From contig CAYVOR010000006.1 of NCBI GenBank assembly GCA_964452995.1, positions 4,395 through 68,394 on the forward strand: a stretch of 64,000 nucleotides of DNA, written 5' to 3'. The first letter of the stretch is position 1. Each line of letters starts with the position of its first letter. The DNA comes from an uncultured Thiobacillus sp. GTDB taxonomy: Bacteria; Pseudomonadota; Gammaproteobacteria; Burkholderiales; Thiobacillaceae. The notes under the pieces are model-generated. The model was not told the DNA's origin and did no database searches. It was given only the letters and a program-made list of their open reading frames with translations. This document shows positions 48,780 to 61,238 of the stretch, piece by piece. A program made the translations under genes and the position numbers.

Positions 48780-50128
48780 GCGTGCTGCACACCGTTCTCT
48801 GGTTTCTGATCGCCATCTCCATTCTGGTGGTGGTGCATGAATTCGGTCACTACCTCGCAGCCCGGCTGGCCGGCGTCAAGGTACTGCGTTTTTCGCTCGG
48901 CTTCGGCAAACCCCTGTTCAGCCGCCGTTTCGGCCGCGACCAGACCGAATGGGCGCTGGCCGCGCTGCCCTTTGGCGGCTACGTCAAGATGCTCGACGAA
49001 CGCGAGGGCGAGGTCCCGGCCGCGGAGGCGCATCGCAGCTTCAATCGGGCGAGTGTCTGGCCCCGCATCGGCATCGTCGCGGCCGGGCCGACCGCCAATT
49101 TCCTGCTGGCCATCGTGTTCTACTGGGCGCTGTTCCTGCACGGCATGCCCGCGATGAAACCGCTGATTGGCGAGCCGCCCGCCGGGTCGCCGGCCGCGCA
49201 CGCCGGGCTGGTGGCGGGGGATGAAATCCGCCGCGTCAATGGCGACGACACGGCGTCGTTTCAGGATTTGCGGCTGGAACTGCTGCGTGCCAGCGTAGCG
49301 GACGATCCGCTAGTGCTGGAATTGGCCGATGGCCGCCGTGTGCAGCTCGATGCGCCGCCGATGGATACCGGAAACCTGGAACAGGACACGCTGCGTCCGC
49401 TCGGGATCGTGCGTTACGACCCCAGGATCGATCCGGTCATCGGCGAGGTGCAGCCCGGTGGTGCGGCGGCGCGCGCCGGCTTCCAGAGCGGCGACCGGCT
49501 GATTGCCGCCGATGGCGAGATCGTGGCGACCTGGCAGGACTGGGTGAAGCTGATCCGCCAGCACCCGTCGCAACCCTTGCGCATCGAGTACGAGCGCGAG
49601 GGACAAACACGTGTCCTGACGGTGATGCCCGATATGGTGGACGAAAATGGCCAGCGTATCGGCAGGATCGGCGCCGGTCCCAGGATCGACCCCGCGGTGA
49701 TGGACGGCCTGATAACCGAGGTGCGTTACGGACCGGTCGAGGCGCTGGGGCATGGCGTCAAGAAAACCTGGGACATGAGCCTGTTCACACTGGAGATGAT
49801 GGGACGCATGGTGACAGGCCAGGTGTCCTGGAAAAACCTGTCGGGTCCGTTGACCATCGCCGACTATGCGGGCCAGAGCGCCAGCCTCGGATGGATCAGT
49901 TTCGTCGGCTTTCTGGCGCTGGTGAGTGTGAGTCTGGGGGTGCTGAACCTGCTGCCTGTCCCGCTGTTGGATGGGGGACACCTCATGTATTATGTTGCCG
50001 AAGTTTTGACCGGCCGCCCGGTGTCCGAGCGCACCATGGAAATAGGAAGCCGGGTCGGCATGATGCTGCTGCTTCTTCTGATGTCGTTTGCCCTGTTCAA
50101 TGATTTGCAACGCCTTCTAGGCGGATGA
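48776..50128 (+). CDS. rseP: RIP metalloprotease RseP
   Basis: HEFGH, two PDZ domains, [12 protein letters not shown]. Confidence 0.96.
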   Translation: MSVLHTVLWFLIAISILVVVHEFGHYLAARLAGVKVLRFSLGFGKPLFSRRFGRDQTEWALAALPFGGYVKMLDEREGEVPAAEAHRSFNRASVWPRIGIVAAGPTANFLLAIVFYWALFLHGMPAMKPLIGEPPAGSPAAHAGLVAGDEIRRVNGDDTASFQDLRLELLRASVADDPLVLELADGRRVQLDAPPMDTGNLEQDTLRPLGIVRYDPRIDPVIGEVQPGGAAARAGFQSGDRLIAADGEIVATWQDWVKLIRQHPSQPLRIEYEREGQTRVLTVMPDMVDENGQRIGRIGAGPRIDPAVMDGLITEVRYGPVEALGHGVKKTWDMSLFTLEMMGRMVTGQVSWKNLSGPLTIADYAGQSASLGWISFVGFLALVSVSLGVLNLLPVPLLDGGHLMYYVAEVLTGRPVSERTMEIGSRVGMMLLLLLMSFALFNDLQRLLGG

Positions 50129-50136
50129 TAATAACC

Positions 50137-52458
50137 ATGACCCTGAACCGTTTGACGCTTGCCCTCGCTGTCGTATTCGCTGCGCAGTCCGCATTCGCCG
50201 CCGAACCCTTTGTCGTCAAGGACATCCGGGTCGAGGGAATCCAGCGCACCGAGGCAGGCACCGTGTTCAGCTACCTGCCGGTCAAGGTCGGCGACACGAT
50301 GACCGACGAGAAGACCGCCGCAGCGATCAAGGCGCTGTATGCCACCGGCTTCTTCAAGGACGTGCGGCTGGAAGCGCGCGACGGCGTGGTGATCGTCACG
50401 GTTGAGGAACGTCCCTCGATTGCCAAGATTACCCTGAACGGCATCAAGGAGTTTTCCGAGGACGACCTGAAAAAGGGCCTCAAGGAAACCGGGCTGGCCG
50501 AGGGCCGCGTGCTCGACCGCTCGCTGCTGGACAAGGCCGAGCAGGAACTGCAGCGGCAGTACTACAACCGCGGCAAGTATGCGGTCGAGATCACCTCCAC
50601 CCTGACACCGCTGGAGCGTAACCGGGTTGCCGTGCAGTTCGACGTGGTGGAGGGCAGCAGCGCCAAAATCCAGCAGATCAATATTGTCGGCAACCAGGCA
50701 TTCAAGGAAAAGGCACTGCTGAAGCAGTTCAACTCGACCACGCCGGGCTGGCTGACCTGGTATACCAAGAATGACCAGTATTCGAAGACACGGCTGGCCG
50801 GTGACATCGAGAATCTGCGCTCGTTTTATCTCAATCGCGGCTATCTCGAGTTCAACGTCGATTCCACCCAGGTATCTATCTCGCCCGACAAAGAGGGCAT
50901 CTACATCACCGTCAACGTAACCGAGGGGCCGCAATACAGGGTGTCCGACGTCAAGCTGGCGGGGCAGATGCTGGTGCCGGAAGCCGAACTGATGAAACTC
51001 ATCACCATCAAGCCGGGTGAGATATTCGCGCGCGATCGCCTGACCGAAACCACCAAGGCGATTGGCGACCGCCTCGGCAACGACGGCTATGCCTTTGCCA
51101 ACGTCAACGCGGCGCCCGAACTCGACAAGGACAAGCACACGGTCGCATTCACCCTGTTCGTCGATCCGGGCCGCCGCGTATACGTGAATCGCGTCAACGT
51201 GTCGGGCAACACCAAGACCCGCGATGAAGTGGTACGTCGTGAAGTGCGGCAGATGGAAGGCGCGTATTACGATGCCAAGAAGATCAACCTGTCGCGCGAC
51301 CGCCTCAATCGCCTGGGTTACTTCGGCGAAGTGAACATCGAGACCCCGGCGGTGCAGGGCACCACCGACCAGGTCGACGTCAACGTGGGCGTGACCGAGA
51401 AATCGACCGGCAGCATCATGCTGGGCGCGGGTTTTTCGTCGTCCGAGGGCCTGGTGCTGTCCGGGTCGGTCTCGCAAAACAACGTGTTCGGTACCGGCAA
51501 CCGGTTGTCGGCGCAGATCAACTCGGGCAGCGTCAACACCGTGTATTCGCTGTCGTTCACCAATCCCTACTACACCATCGACGGCGTCAGCCTGGGCTAC
51601 GATCTGTACCGGCGCGACGTCGATGCCACCTCGCTGGACTACGTCAGCCCGTACAAGACGTCCACCTACGGCGCCGGCGTGCGTCTTGGCCTGCCGATCA
51701 ACGAACGCGACTTCATTTCCTTCGGGTTGACCTACGAGCAGACCTCGATCACCACCTATACAGACAGCCCGCAGCAGTACAAAGACTTTGTCAGGGATTT
51801 TGGCAATGATAACGATACGTTGCGCCTCGACACCTCGTGGTCGCGCGATACCCGCAACAGCTATCTGTTCCCGACCAAGGGCCGGATGCAGCGCGCGGCC
51901 GCGGAGGTGGGCACGCCGGGTGGCAGCCTGCAGTACTACAAGCTGACGTTCCAGCATCAGCAATACTTCCCTTTAAGCAAAAGCTTCACCCTCATGCTGA
52001 ACGGTGAGCTTGGTTATGGCGAAGGGTATGGAGACAATACTTATCTGCCGTTCTACAAGAATTTCTACGCAGGCGGCAACAGTTCGGTACGTGGCTTCAA
52101 GACCGGCACCCTTGGGCCCAAGGATATCCATGGCGACGGGCTGGGCGGCAATGAACGCATCGTCGGCAATGTGGAGCTCTTTTTCCCCCTGCCGGGCATC
52201 AAGGACGACCAGTCGCTTCGCATGTCGGCCTTTGTCGATGCGGGCGCGGCTTTTGGACCCTACAATACCGATGCCAGTGGTGCGTACGATGGCAAGTACT
52301 CGAGCTTTTCGTTCGGCGACTTGCGTTATTCGGCGGGGATCGCCGTACTCTGGGTGTCGCCGCTCGGCCCGCTCAAATTCAGTCTGGCACAACCGCTCGC
52401 CAAGAAATCGGATGACAAGACTGAGATATTTCAATTCACCTTGGGCAACACGTTCTGA
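50137..52458 (+). CDS. bamA: Outer membrane protein assembly factor BamA
   Basis: POTRA repeats, VRGF motif, C-terminal FQFTLGNTF; alternative start at 50125. Confidence 0.97.
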   Translation: MTLNRLTLALAVVFAAQSAFAAEPFVVKDIRVEGIQRTEAGTVFSYLPVKVGDTMTDEKTAAAIKALYATGFFKDVRLEARDGVVIVTVEERPSIAKITLNGIKEFSEDDLKKGLKETGLAEGRVLDRSLLDKAEQELQRQYYNRGKYAVEITSTLTPLERNRVAVQFDVVEGSSAKIQQINIVGNQAFKEKALLKQFNSTTPGWLTWYTKNDQYSKTRLAGDIENLRSFYLNRGYLEFNVDSTQVSISPDKEGIYITVNVTEGPQYRVSDVKLAGQMLVPEAELMKLITIKPGEIFARDRLTETTKAIGDRLGNDGYAFANVNAAPELDKDKHTVAFTLFVDPGRRVYVNRVNVSGNTKTRDEVVRREVRQMEGAYYDAKKINLSRDRLNRLGYFGEVNIETPAVQGTTDQVDVNVGVTEKSTGSIMLGAGFSSSEGLVLSGSVSQNNVFGTGNRLSAQINSGSVNTVYSLSFTNPYYTIDGVSLGYDLYRRDVDATSLDYVSPYKTSTYGAGVRLGLPINERDFISFGLTYEQTSITTYTDSPQQYKDFVRDFGNDNDTLRLDTSWSRDTRNSYLFPTKGRMQRAAAEVGTPGGSLQYYKLTFQHQQYFPLSKSFTLMLNGELGYGEGYGDNTYLPFYKNFYAGGNSSVRGFKTGTLGPKDIHGDGLGGNERIVGNVELFFPLPGIKDDQSLRMSAFVDAGAAFGPYNTDASGAYDGKYSSFSFGDLRYSAGIAVLWVSPLGPLKFSLAQPLAKKSDDKTEIFQFTLGNTF

Positions 52459-52482
52459 GGGTAGACCGTTACTGGAGTATTC

Positions 52483-52986
52483 ATGATGAAGTTCAAGCAG
52501 CTGGCAGTTTCCCTGATACTCGCGTCCACGTTCGTGACCGCGCCGCTCCTGGCCGATACCAAGATCGGCTTTGTCAATACCGAGCGGCTGTTGCGTGAGG
52601 CGCCGCTGTCGATCGCCGCACAGAAAAAACTGGAACGCGAATTTGCCGCACGCGACCAGGAACTGCAGAAGACAGCCAGGCAGGCGCGCGACCTGCAGGC
52701 ACAGCTCGACAAGGACGGCGTGACCATGTCAGACAGCGACCGCAAGTCGAAGGAACGCGACCTCAATAACCTCAACCTCGAACTGCAGCGCAAGGGACGC
52801 GAATTCCGCGAAGACCTCAACCTGCGTCGCAACGAAGAGCTCGGCCAGATCCAGGAACGCGCGCGCAAGGCGATTCAGGACATTGCCAGGGCGGAGAAAT
52901 TCGACATCATCGTCGAGCAGGCCGTCTACGTCGATCCCAGGAATGACATCACCGACCGCGTGATGAAGGCGCTGGGTGGAAAATAA
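52483..52986 (+). CDS. skp: Periplasmic chaperone Skp/OmpH
   Basis: Signal peptide, KIGFVN, DITDRV; position after bamA. Confidence 0.93.
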   Translation: MMKFKQLAVSLILASTFVTAPLLADTKIGFVNTERLLREAPLSIAAQKKLEREFAARDQELQKTARQARDLQAQLDKDGVTMSDSDRKSKERDLNNLNLELQRKGREFREDLNLRRNEELGQIQERARKAIQDIARAEKFDIIVEQAVYVDPRNDITDRVMKALGGK

Positions 52987-53031
52987 TCGTGACCGTGGAA
53001 CATAAACGCGGCCGCGGGAGATAGATCGCCG

Positions 53032-54063
53032 ATGGCCTTTACGCTGACCGAACTGGTTGCGCGTTTTGGCGGGGAGTTGCTGGGCGATGGCAGCATCACG
53101 ATTCGTCAGGTTGCGCCGCTGGACCAGGCGCAGGCCGACGAAATCGGCTTTGTCTCGCAAGCCAGGTATCTGACTCAACTGGCTGACACACGTGCCGCCG
53201 CAGTGATCCTGCCGCTGGACGCGCGTGATGCCAGCGCGCTGCCACGCATCCTCACGGCCAATCCCTACCTGTATTTCGCGCGCGTCTCGGGCCTGCTGAA
53301 CCCGCCGCCGCGCCCGCCCGCGGGTATCCATCCGGCCGCCAGTGTGGCGCCGGATGCGACGATCGCCACGGATGCCAGCATTGGCGCCGGCGCGGTGGTC
53401 GGGGCCGGTGCAAGGGTCGGCGCGCGTACCGTGATCGGCCCCAACTGCGTCGTCGGCGACCGCGCACGCATCGGCGACGACTGCCTGCTGCATGCCAACG
53501 TCACGCTGTATCACCGTTGCGAAGTGGGCGACCGCGCCATCCTGCATGCGGGTTGCGTGATCGGTTCCGACGGCTTCGGCTTTGCGCCGAACGACGGCCG
53601 CTGGGAAAAAATCCCGCAGATCGGCCGTGTGCTGATCGGCGACGATGTCGAAATCGGCGCCTGCACCACGATCGACCGCGGCGCGCTGGAGGACACGGTG
53701 ATCGAGGAGGGCGTCAAGCTCGACAACCTGATCCAGGTGGCGCACAACGTGACGATCGGCGCCCACACCGCGATCGCCGCGTGCACCGGCATCGCCGGCA
53801 GCGCGAAGATCGGCCGCCACTGCACCATCGGCGGCGCGGCGATGATCTTCGGCCACATCGAGATTGCCGACGGCACCCGCATATCGACCAATACGCTGAT
53901 CACCAAGTCGTTGCCGAAGGCAGGCACGTACACGTCTGCGCTGCCCTTCTCCGAACACGATGTGTGGCAGAAAAATGCCGTCCACATGCGCAATCTCGAC
54001 AAACTGGTGAACCGCGTCAAAGCGCTCGAAAAACGACTCAACGAACTGGAAAGAAAATCATGA
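53032..54063 (+). CDS. lpxD: UDP-3-O-acyl-glucosamine N-acyltransferase
   Basis: Hexapeptide repeats, [19 protein letters not shown]. Confidence 0.96.
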   Translation: MAFTLTELVARFGGELLGDGSITIRQVAPLDQAQADEIGFVSQARYLTQLADTRAAAVILPLDARDASALPRILTANPYLYFARVSGLLNPPPRPPAGIHPAASVAPDATIATDASIGAGAVVGAGARVGARTVIGPNCVVGDRARIGDDCLLHANVTLYHRCEVGDRAILHAGCVIGSDGFGFAPNDGRWEKIPQIGRVLIGDDVEIGACTTIDRGALEDTVIEEGVKLDNLIQVAHNVTIGAHTAIAACTGIAGSAKIGRHCTIGGAAMIFGHIEIADGTRISTNTLITKSLPKAGTYTSALPFSEHDVWQKNAVHMRNLDKLVNRVKALEKRLNELERKS

Positions 54064-54506
54064 GTGTGATGGACATCGAGCAGGTCATACAGTACCTGCC
54101 GCACCGCTACCCGTTTCTGCTGATCGACAAGGTGACCGAGCTCGAACTCGGCAAGTCGATCACCGCGATCAAGAACGTCACCATCAACGAGCCGTTCTTC
54201 CAGGGCCACTTTCCCGGTGCGCCGGTCATGCCCGGGGTGCTGATCCTCGAAGCGATGGCCCAGGCGGCGGGCATCCTGTCGTTCAAGACCAAGAAATGCA
54301 CGCCGGAACAGGTCGGTATCATCTACTTTGCCGGCATCGACAATGCGCGCTTCAAGAAACCGGTCAAGCCGGGCGACCAGCTGGTGCTCAGGGCCGAGAT
54401 CGTGCGCGAGATGCGCGGCATCTGGAAGTACACGGGACGGGCCGAAGTGGACGGCGCGCTGGTGGCCGAAGCCGATCTGATGGCGACCCTGCGCGACAAA
54501 CCTTAA
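54060..54506 (+). CDS. fabZ: 3-hydroxyacyl-ACP dehydratase
   Basis: [31 protein letters not shown]. Confidence 0.97.
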   Translation: MSVMDIEQVIQYLPHRYPFLLIDKVTELELGKSITAIKNVTINEPFFQGHFPGAPVMPGVLILEAMAQAAGILSFKTKKCTPEQVGIIYFAGIDNARFKKPVKPGDQLVLRAEIVREMRGIWKYTGRAEVDGALVAEADLMATLRDKP

Positions 54507-55283
54507 ATGAAGATGATCCATCCCACCGCGCTGGTCGCGCCGGGCGCACGGCTGGCAGACGACGTCGAAATCGGCCCCTACACGATCATCGGCGAGCACG
54601 TCGAGATCGGCGCCGGCACCACGGTCGGCGCGCATGCCGTGATCACCGGCACCACCACCATCGGCGCCCGCAACCGGATATTCCATTTCGTCTCGCTCGG
54701 CGAGGCGCCACAGGACAAGAAATACGCTGGTGAACCGACGCGGCTGGAAATCGGCGACGACAACGTCATCCGCGAATTCTGCACCTTCAACACCGGCACC
54801 GTGCAGGACCGCGGCACCACCACCATCGGCTCACACAACTGGATCATGGCCTACGTCCACATCGCCCATGACTGCGTGGTGGGCGACCACACCATTTTTG
54901 CCAACAATGCCTCACTGGCGGGTCATGCCGAGATCGGCGACTGGGCGATCCTCGGCGGCTTCACCGGCGTGCACCAGTTCTGCAAGATCGGCGCACACGT
55001 GATGACGGGCATCTCCAGCGTGGTGGTCAAGGATATTCCGCCCTTCGTCATGGCGTCGGGCCAGCCGGCTGCGCCGCATGGGCTCAACAGCGAAGGCCTC
55101 AAGCGGCGCGGATTTTCCGTCGAGGCATTGACCGCGCTCAAGCGCGCCTACAAGACGCTCTACCGCGAAGGCAACACACTGGCGGAAGCGCAGGCCAGGC
55201 TCGCGCCCGAAGGTGCAAAGCATGTCGAAGTGCAGCAATTGCTCGACTTCCTCGCACGCGCCGGGCGCGGCATCATCCGGTGA
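54507..55283 (+). CDS. lpxA: UDP-N-acetylglucosamine acyltransferase
   Basis: IHPTA, PQDKKY, HIAHDC, VHQF. Confidence 0.97.
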   Translation: MKMIHPTALVAPGARLADDVEIGPYTIIGEHVEIGAGTTVGAHAVITGTTTIGARNRIFHFVSLGEAPQDKKYAGEPTRLEIGDDNVIREFCTFNTGTVQDRGTTTIGSHNWIMAYVHIAHDCVVGDHTIFANNASLAGHAEIGDWAILGGFTGVHQFCKIGAHVMTGISSVVVKDIPPFVMASGQPAAPHGLNSEGLKRRGFSVEALTALKRAYKTLYREGNTLAEAQARLAPEGAKHVEVQQLLDFLARAGRGIIR

Positions 55284-56416
55284 CCGATCTCGGCGTGATC
55301 GCCGGTGAAGCATCCGGCGATCTCCTGGGCGCACATTTCATTGCCGCCCTCAAGCAAAGCCATCCCGATTTACAGGCGGTCGGTATCGCCGGCCCGCGCA
55401 TGATCGAAGCGGGCGTCAAGGCGATCTACCCGAGCGAGAAACTGGCGGTCAACGGCTATGTCGAAGTGTTGAGCCACTTGCCAGAACTGCTGTGGATCCG
55501 CTCGCGCATCACACGTTATTTCCTGCGCGAACGGCCGCGCGTCTTCGTCGGCATCGATGCACCGGATTTCAACTTCACAGTGGAATCACGGCTCAAGCAG
55601 GCCGGCATCCCCACCGTACATTTTGTCAGTCCGTCAATCTGGGCGTGGCGGCCCGAGCGCATCCATCGCATCAAACAGGCGGTGTCACGCATGCTGGTGG
55701 TGTTTCCCTTCGAGGAACAGATCTACCGCGACGCCGGCATCCCCGTCAGCTTCGTTGGCCATCCGCTGGCCGACGTCATTCCGCTGAAGCCCGAGTCCGC
55801 TGCCGCACGCACGGCGCTCGGTTTGTTGCAAGCGGGTCCGGTCGTCGCGCTGCTGCCGGGCAGCCGGCTGTCCGAGGTGACGCGTCATGCGCGGCTGATG
55901 CTGGAAGCCGCCGTGCGCATCCAGCGCCATCATCCTGCTGCGCAGTTCGTCGTGCCTGCCGCAAGCGAAGCCGCCAGCCGCTTGATCCGCCAGGCACAAC
56001 GGGGGCTGGATGTGTCCTTGCACATTCTGGCCGGGCAGTCCCATGCCGCGCTGGCGGCCTGCGACGTGGCGCTGGTAGCGTCGGGCACGGCCACGCTCGA
56101 AGCCGCCTTGTTCAAGAAACCCATGGTCATCACCTATCGTATGCCCGCGCTGACTGCGCACCTGATGCGGAAAAAGGCGTTGCAGCCGTGGATTGGACTG
56201 CCGAATATCCTGACGCGCGATTTCGTGGTGCCGGAACGCGTGCAGGAAGCGGCGACGCCCGACAATCTGGCAAACGATGCCCTGGCCTGGCTCGACGATG
56301 CGCCGCGCCGGGCGGCTGTCAGCGAAACGTTCCGCACGCTGCACCTGAGCTTGCGGCAGGATGCCAGTGCCCGCATCGCCGAGGCCGTGCAGCCCTATCT
56401 GGAGAACGGCATATGA
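55280..56416 (+). CDS. lpxB: Lipid-A-disaccharide synthase
   Basis: [30 protein letters not shown]. Confidence 0.96.
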   Translation: MTDLGVIAGEASGDLLGAHFIAALKQSHPDLQAVGIAGPRMIEAGVKAIYPSEKLAVNGYVEVLSHLPELLWIRSRITRYFLRERPRVFVGIDAPDFNFTVESRLKQAGIPTVHFVSPSIWAWRPERIHRIKQAVSRMLVVFPFEEQIYRDAGIPVSFVGHPLADVIPLKPESAAARTALGLLQAGPVVALLPGSRLSEVTRHARLMLEAAVRIQRHHPAAQFVVPAASEAASRLIRQAQRGLDVSLHILAGQSHAALAACDVALVASGTATLEAALFKKPMVITYRMPALTAHLMRKKALQPWIGLPNILTRDFVVPERVQEAATPDNLANDALAWLDDAPRRAAVSETFRTLHLSLRQDASARIAEAVQPYLENGI

Positions 56417-57027
56417 CGCTGCGCCAGCCGGTCATCCTGCATGTGGGGCCACTCGGCCTGTGCGGCGTCGATGAAGCCGGCCGCGGACCGCTGGCGGGAC
56501 CGGTGATGGCGGCAGCCGTCATGCTCGACCCCGGGCAGCCGATAGCCGGACTGCGCGATTCCAAGAAACTCAGTGCCGCTGCGCGCGGACGCCTGGCTGA
56601 CGAGATTCGCCAACGAGCGGCTGCCTGGTGCGTGGCCGAGGCCAGCGTTGAGGAAATCGATCGCCTGAATATCCTGCAGGCCACCCTGTTGGTGATGCAG
56701 CGCGCCGTGGCCGGATTGGCGCGCGCGCCGGACGACGTGTGGGTCGATGGCAACCGCTGTCCGGACTGGCCGTGGCGGTCGCAGGCCGTAGTCAAGGGCG
56801 ACGACAAGGTGGCGGCGATTGCCGCCGCCTCGATCCTGGCCAAGACCGAGCGCGACCAGTACATGTGCCGTCTGCACGAAGACTTTCCCGCCTACGGATT
56901 TGCCCATCACATGGGCTATGGCACCGCGGCGCACCTCGCGGCATTGAAAGCGCATGGCGCCTGTCCGCAACACCGGCGCAGCTTTGCGCCAGTTAAACTC
57001 GTTCTCGACCAAGCCATATTGTTCTGA
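56413..57027 (+). CDS. rnhB: Ribonuclease HII
   Basis: [31 protein letters not shown]. Confidence 0.96.
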   Translation: MTLRQPVILHVGPLGLCGVDEAGRGPLAGPVMAAAVMLDPGQPIAGLRDSKKLSAAARGRLADEIRQRAAAWCVAEASVEEIDRLNILQATLLVMQRAVAGLARAPDDVWVDGNRCPDWPWRSQAVVKGDDKVAAIAAASILAKTERDQYMCRLHEDFPAYGFAHHMGYGTAAHLAALKAHGACPQHRRSFAPVKLVLDQAILF

Positions 57028-57038
57028 AAGGAATCCTC

Positions 57039-57500
57039 ATGAACCTGATGCTGTTTCTCCATGTTTTGAGTGTCGTCGTCTGGGTCGGCGGCATGTTTTT
57101 CGCCTACATGGCGCTGCGCCCGGTAGCCGCCAGCGTGCTGGAACCGCCGCAGCGGCTGACGCTGTGGGCGGGTGTGTTCGGCAAGTTCTTCCCATGGGTG
57201 TGGGGAGCGGTCGTCCTGATCCTGCTGAGTGGGCTCGACATGCTGATGCGGGTGGGCGGTGCGGCCGCGCCGCACTACGTGATGACCATGCTGGTTCTGG
57301 GCGTGGCGATGATGCTGATTTATGCGCACGTGTTCTTCGCCTCCTACAAGAAACTCAAGCGTGCGGTTGGCCAGCAGGACTGGAAAGCGGGCGGCGCGGC
57401 CCTGGCGCAGATCCGCCGGCTGATCGGCATCAATCTCGTCATCGGCCTGGTGACGATCGCCGTGGTGTTTGGCGGGCGGATGCTCGTTGCGGGCGCTTAA
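57039..57500 (+). CDS. CopD/DUF4149-like integral membrane protein
   Basis: LHVLSVVVWVGGMFF start; four TM segments. Confidence 0.8.
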   Translation: MNLMLFLHVLSVVVWVGGMFFAYMALRPVAASVLEPPQRLTLWAGVFGKFFPWVWGAVVLILLSGLDMLMRVGGAAAPHYVMTMLVLGVAMMLIYAHVFFASYKKLKRAVGQQDWKAGGAALAQIRRLIGINLVIGLVTIAVVFGGRMLVAGA

Positions 57501-57892
57501 GGTTCTTCCTGCGCCGGGGCATCGAACAGGCGCAGCGCGGTCTGCCGGATGAGATCGGGTCGCGCCTCGCACTGCAGTTCGGCGTGAAACTGGCCGTCGC
57601 GATACAGGTAGACCGTGGGCAGATGGAAGATGCCGAAGTAGCGCGCCACCCCGGTGGCTTCGCTGACGTCGACTTCGAACAGGTTGTCGGCCAGCCCGGA
57701 CAAGGCATCCGGCAGCAGACGTTTCCATGTCCTGCATGAACCGCAATGCGGCGCGCTGAACAGCACGACGGCGACGCCGGTCGTGGCAGCGAGGCGGGCA
57801 TGGTAGCTGCCTTCGTCCAGGCGTGAAAACGCGGCCGGGGAAAGCGGGTCCCGGCTGGTAGAATCGCGGTTTTCCTCGCGGCTGGCGCTCAT
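57497..57892 (-). CDS. Thioredoxin-family protein
   Basis: FSAPHCGSC (CxxC), IFHLPT..YRDG. Confidence 0.8.
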   Translation of the reverse strand: MSASREENRDSTSRDPLSPAAFSRLDEGSYHARLAATTGVAVVLFSAPHCGSCRTWKRLLPDALSGLADNLFEVDVSEATGVARYFGIFHLPTVYLYRDGQFHAELQCEARPDLIRQTALRLFDAPAQEEP

Positions 57893-58892
57893 GCTGTTTC
57901 TCGAACTCTTCGGCTATCTGCTGATCATCCTGGTGGCGGCGGAAATCTTTGTCAACGCGCTCGAACACCTGGGTGAAAAACTGAATATCTCGGAAGGCGT
58001 GACCGGTTCGCTGTTCGCCGCGATCGGTACCGCCATGCCGGAAACCCTGGTGCCGCTGCTGGCGATTTTTGCCGGGACCGGCAACACCGTCACCAACGAG
58101 GAAATCGGCGTCGGCGCCATCCTCGGCGCGCCGCTGATGCTGTCAACCCTGTCGCTGTCGCTGATGAGCGTGGCGGTGCTGAAACGCCGCGGCATCCAGG
58201 GCCACCTCACGCCCGAGAAAACCGGCCTCAAGCGCGATCTGGATTTCTTCCTGATGGCCTTCCTGCTGGCGTTTGTCGCCATGTTCGTGCCGCACGGCGA
58301 CGGCTGGGTGCGCGGTGGACTCGCCTTCGTCATGGTGATGATCTATTTCGTCTATGTGATGCTGACGCTGCGCGCATCGGCCAAACTGGTCGAAAACGGA
58401 CATGCGACCGAGGCGGGGTCGCCCATGCTGCTGACCCGCCTGGGCCTGCCACAAAACCTGTTTTTCATCCTGCTGCAGCTGGCGCTGGGTTTGGGACTGC
58501 TAGTCGCCGGAGCCAAGGGCTTCATCCACGGCGTCGAACTGGCCGCGCCCATCCTCGGCATCTCGGCGCTGTTGCTGTCGCTGATGATCATCCCGATCGC
58601 GACCGAATTGCCGGAGAAAGTGAACTCGATCCTGTGGATCCGCAAGCGCAAGGACACGCTGGCGTTCGGCAACATCACCGGCGCCATGGTGTTCCAGGGC
58701 ACGCTCTTGCCCGCCATCGGCATTTCGCTCACGCCGTGGACGCCGCAAAAGGAAGTGCTGCTGGGGGTGGTGATCACGCTGGTCGCGGCGTTCTGGCTGC
58801 GCTGGGCGGCATTGAACGGCGGCTTGCGCGTGTGGCACCTGTTTGTCAACGGCGCGCTGTACGTGACCTATCTGGCGGCGGTGCTGGTTTAA
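57891..58892 (+). CDS. CaCA family sodium:calcium antiporter
   Basis: Alpha-repeats GTAMPE and ATELPE..GNITG; about 10 TM segments. Confidence 0.88.
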   Translation: MLFLELFGYLLIILVAAEIFVNALEHLGEKLNISEGVTGSLFAAIGTAMPETLVPLLAIFAGTGNTVTNEEIGVGAILGAPLMLSTLSLSLMSVAVLKRRGIQGHLTPEKTGLKRDLDFFLMAFLLAFVAMFVPHGDGWVRGGLAFVMVMIYFVYVMLTLRASAKLVENGHATEAGSPMLLTRLGLPQNLFFILLQLALGLGLLVAGAKGFIHGVELAAPILGISALLLSLMIIPIATELPEKVNSILWIRKRKDTLAFGNITGAMVFQGTLLPAIGISLTPWTPQKEVLLGVVITLVAAFWLRWAALNGGLRVWHLFVNGALYVTYLAAVLV

Positions 58893-60052
58893 GCCGACTC
58901 GGCCGGCGGTTCGCGCCGGAACGGCCCGTCGAGTTCGTCCATGTAATGGCCGATGGCATCGGTCTCCCGCTCCAGGAAACGATCGACCGCTTCGCGGAAT
59001 TCGGCGTTTTCCAGCCAGTGCCAGGAATGCGTGGGGGTGGGAACGAGACCGCGCGCGAGCTTGTGCTCGCCCTGTGCGCCGCCTTCGAATACCTGCAGTC
59101 CATGTGAAATGGCGTATTCGATGCCCTGCTGGTAGCAGGTTTCGAAATGCAGGCCGGGCAGATATTCCAGCGTGCCCCAGTGACGGCCGTACAGGCGCTG
59201 GCCATCCTTCATGCAGAACGAGCAGGCGACGGGCTCGCAGCCCCGGTCGGCGATGATGAGCACAAGATTGTCGGGCAGGGTCTCGCGCAATGCGGCGAAG
59301 AACGCCCGGTTGAGATGCGGCTCGCTGCGGTGGCGGGCATAGGTGTCGGCATAGCAGCGATAGAAATGGCCCCAGTCGGCATCGCGGCTGTCGCGGCCTT
59401 CGACCCAGCGAAACGTCACGTCAAGCTTGGCGAGTTTCTTTCTTTCCTGGCGGATTTTCTTGCGCTTGTCGTGCGTCATTGCCATGAGAAAGTCATCGAA
59501 GCTGGCGTAGCCCGCGTTATGCCAGTGGAACTGGAAGCCGCTACGGTGCATCAGCGGCAGCGCCTCGAGTACGGCATGATCCGGCGCGGTCGGGAAGAGG
59601 ATGTGAAAGGACGAGAATCCCAGATCGTGAGTGAGCTTCAGAGCTGCCTGGACCAGCATGGTGCGGTCGGCGTCGTTGCCTGCCAGCAGGCGTGGTCCGG
59701 GCACCGGCGAGAATGGCACGCAGCACACCAGCTTGGGGTAGTAGGCGAGGCCGTGTCGCCGGTAGGCATCGGCCCACGCCCAGTCGAACACGAATTCGCC
59801 CCACGAGTGATGCTTGACGTAGAGCGGCATCGCGGCCTCGAGCCGGCCGTTGCGGAACAGTGCCAGATGGATGGGTTCCCAGCCAATGTCCGGCCCGACA
59901 CAGCCGGTCGCTTCCAGCGCATGCAGAAAGGCATGCTGCAGGAAGGGCGAATCTCCAGCCAGCGCGTTCCATGCGTCGGCGGACAGCTCCGCAATGCGCG
60001 GGATGACGCGGATAACGGCTTCCGCATCGGAGGGGTTTGCTTCAAAATGCAC
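58889..60052 (-). CDS. FemAB-like GNAT family protein (COG3146)
   Basis: HSWGEFVFDWAWA, YYPKL, LYGRHWG, HFETCY, EGGAQGEHKLARG. Confidence 0.9.
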   Translation of the reverse strand: MHFEANPSDAEAVIRVIPRIAELSADAWNALAGDSPFLQHAFLHALEATGCVGPDIGWEPIHLALFRNGRLEAAMPLYVKHHSWGEFVFDWAWADAYRRHGLAYYPKLVCCVPFSPVPGPRLLAGNDADRTMLVQAALKLTHDLGFSSFHILFPTAPDHAVLEALPLMHRSGFQFHWHNAGYASFDDFLMAMTHDKRKKIRQERKKLAKLDVTFRWVEGRDSRDADWGHFYRCYADTYARHRSEPHLNRAFFAALRETLPDNLVLIIADRGCEPVACSFCMKDGQRLYGRHWGTLEYLPGLHFETCYQQGIEYAISHGLQVFEGGAQGEHKLARGLVPTPTHSWHWLENAEFREAVDRFLERETDAIGHYMDELDGPFRREPPAESA

Positions 60053-60077
60053 GTTTTGGCGGCTTTCAGAAAAAACA

Positions 60078-61234
<1,157 letters not shown>

Positions 61235-61238
<4 letters not shown>

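Noticed and set aside
53032-55283. Repetitive ATCGGC-rich sequence
   Set aside because: Ordinary hexapeptide repeats of LpxD and LpxA.
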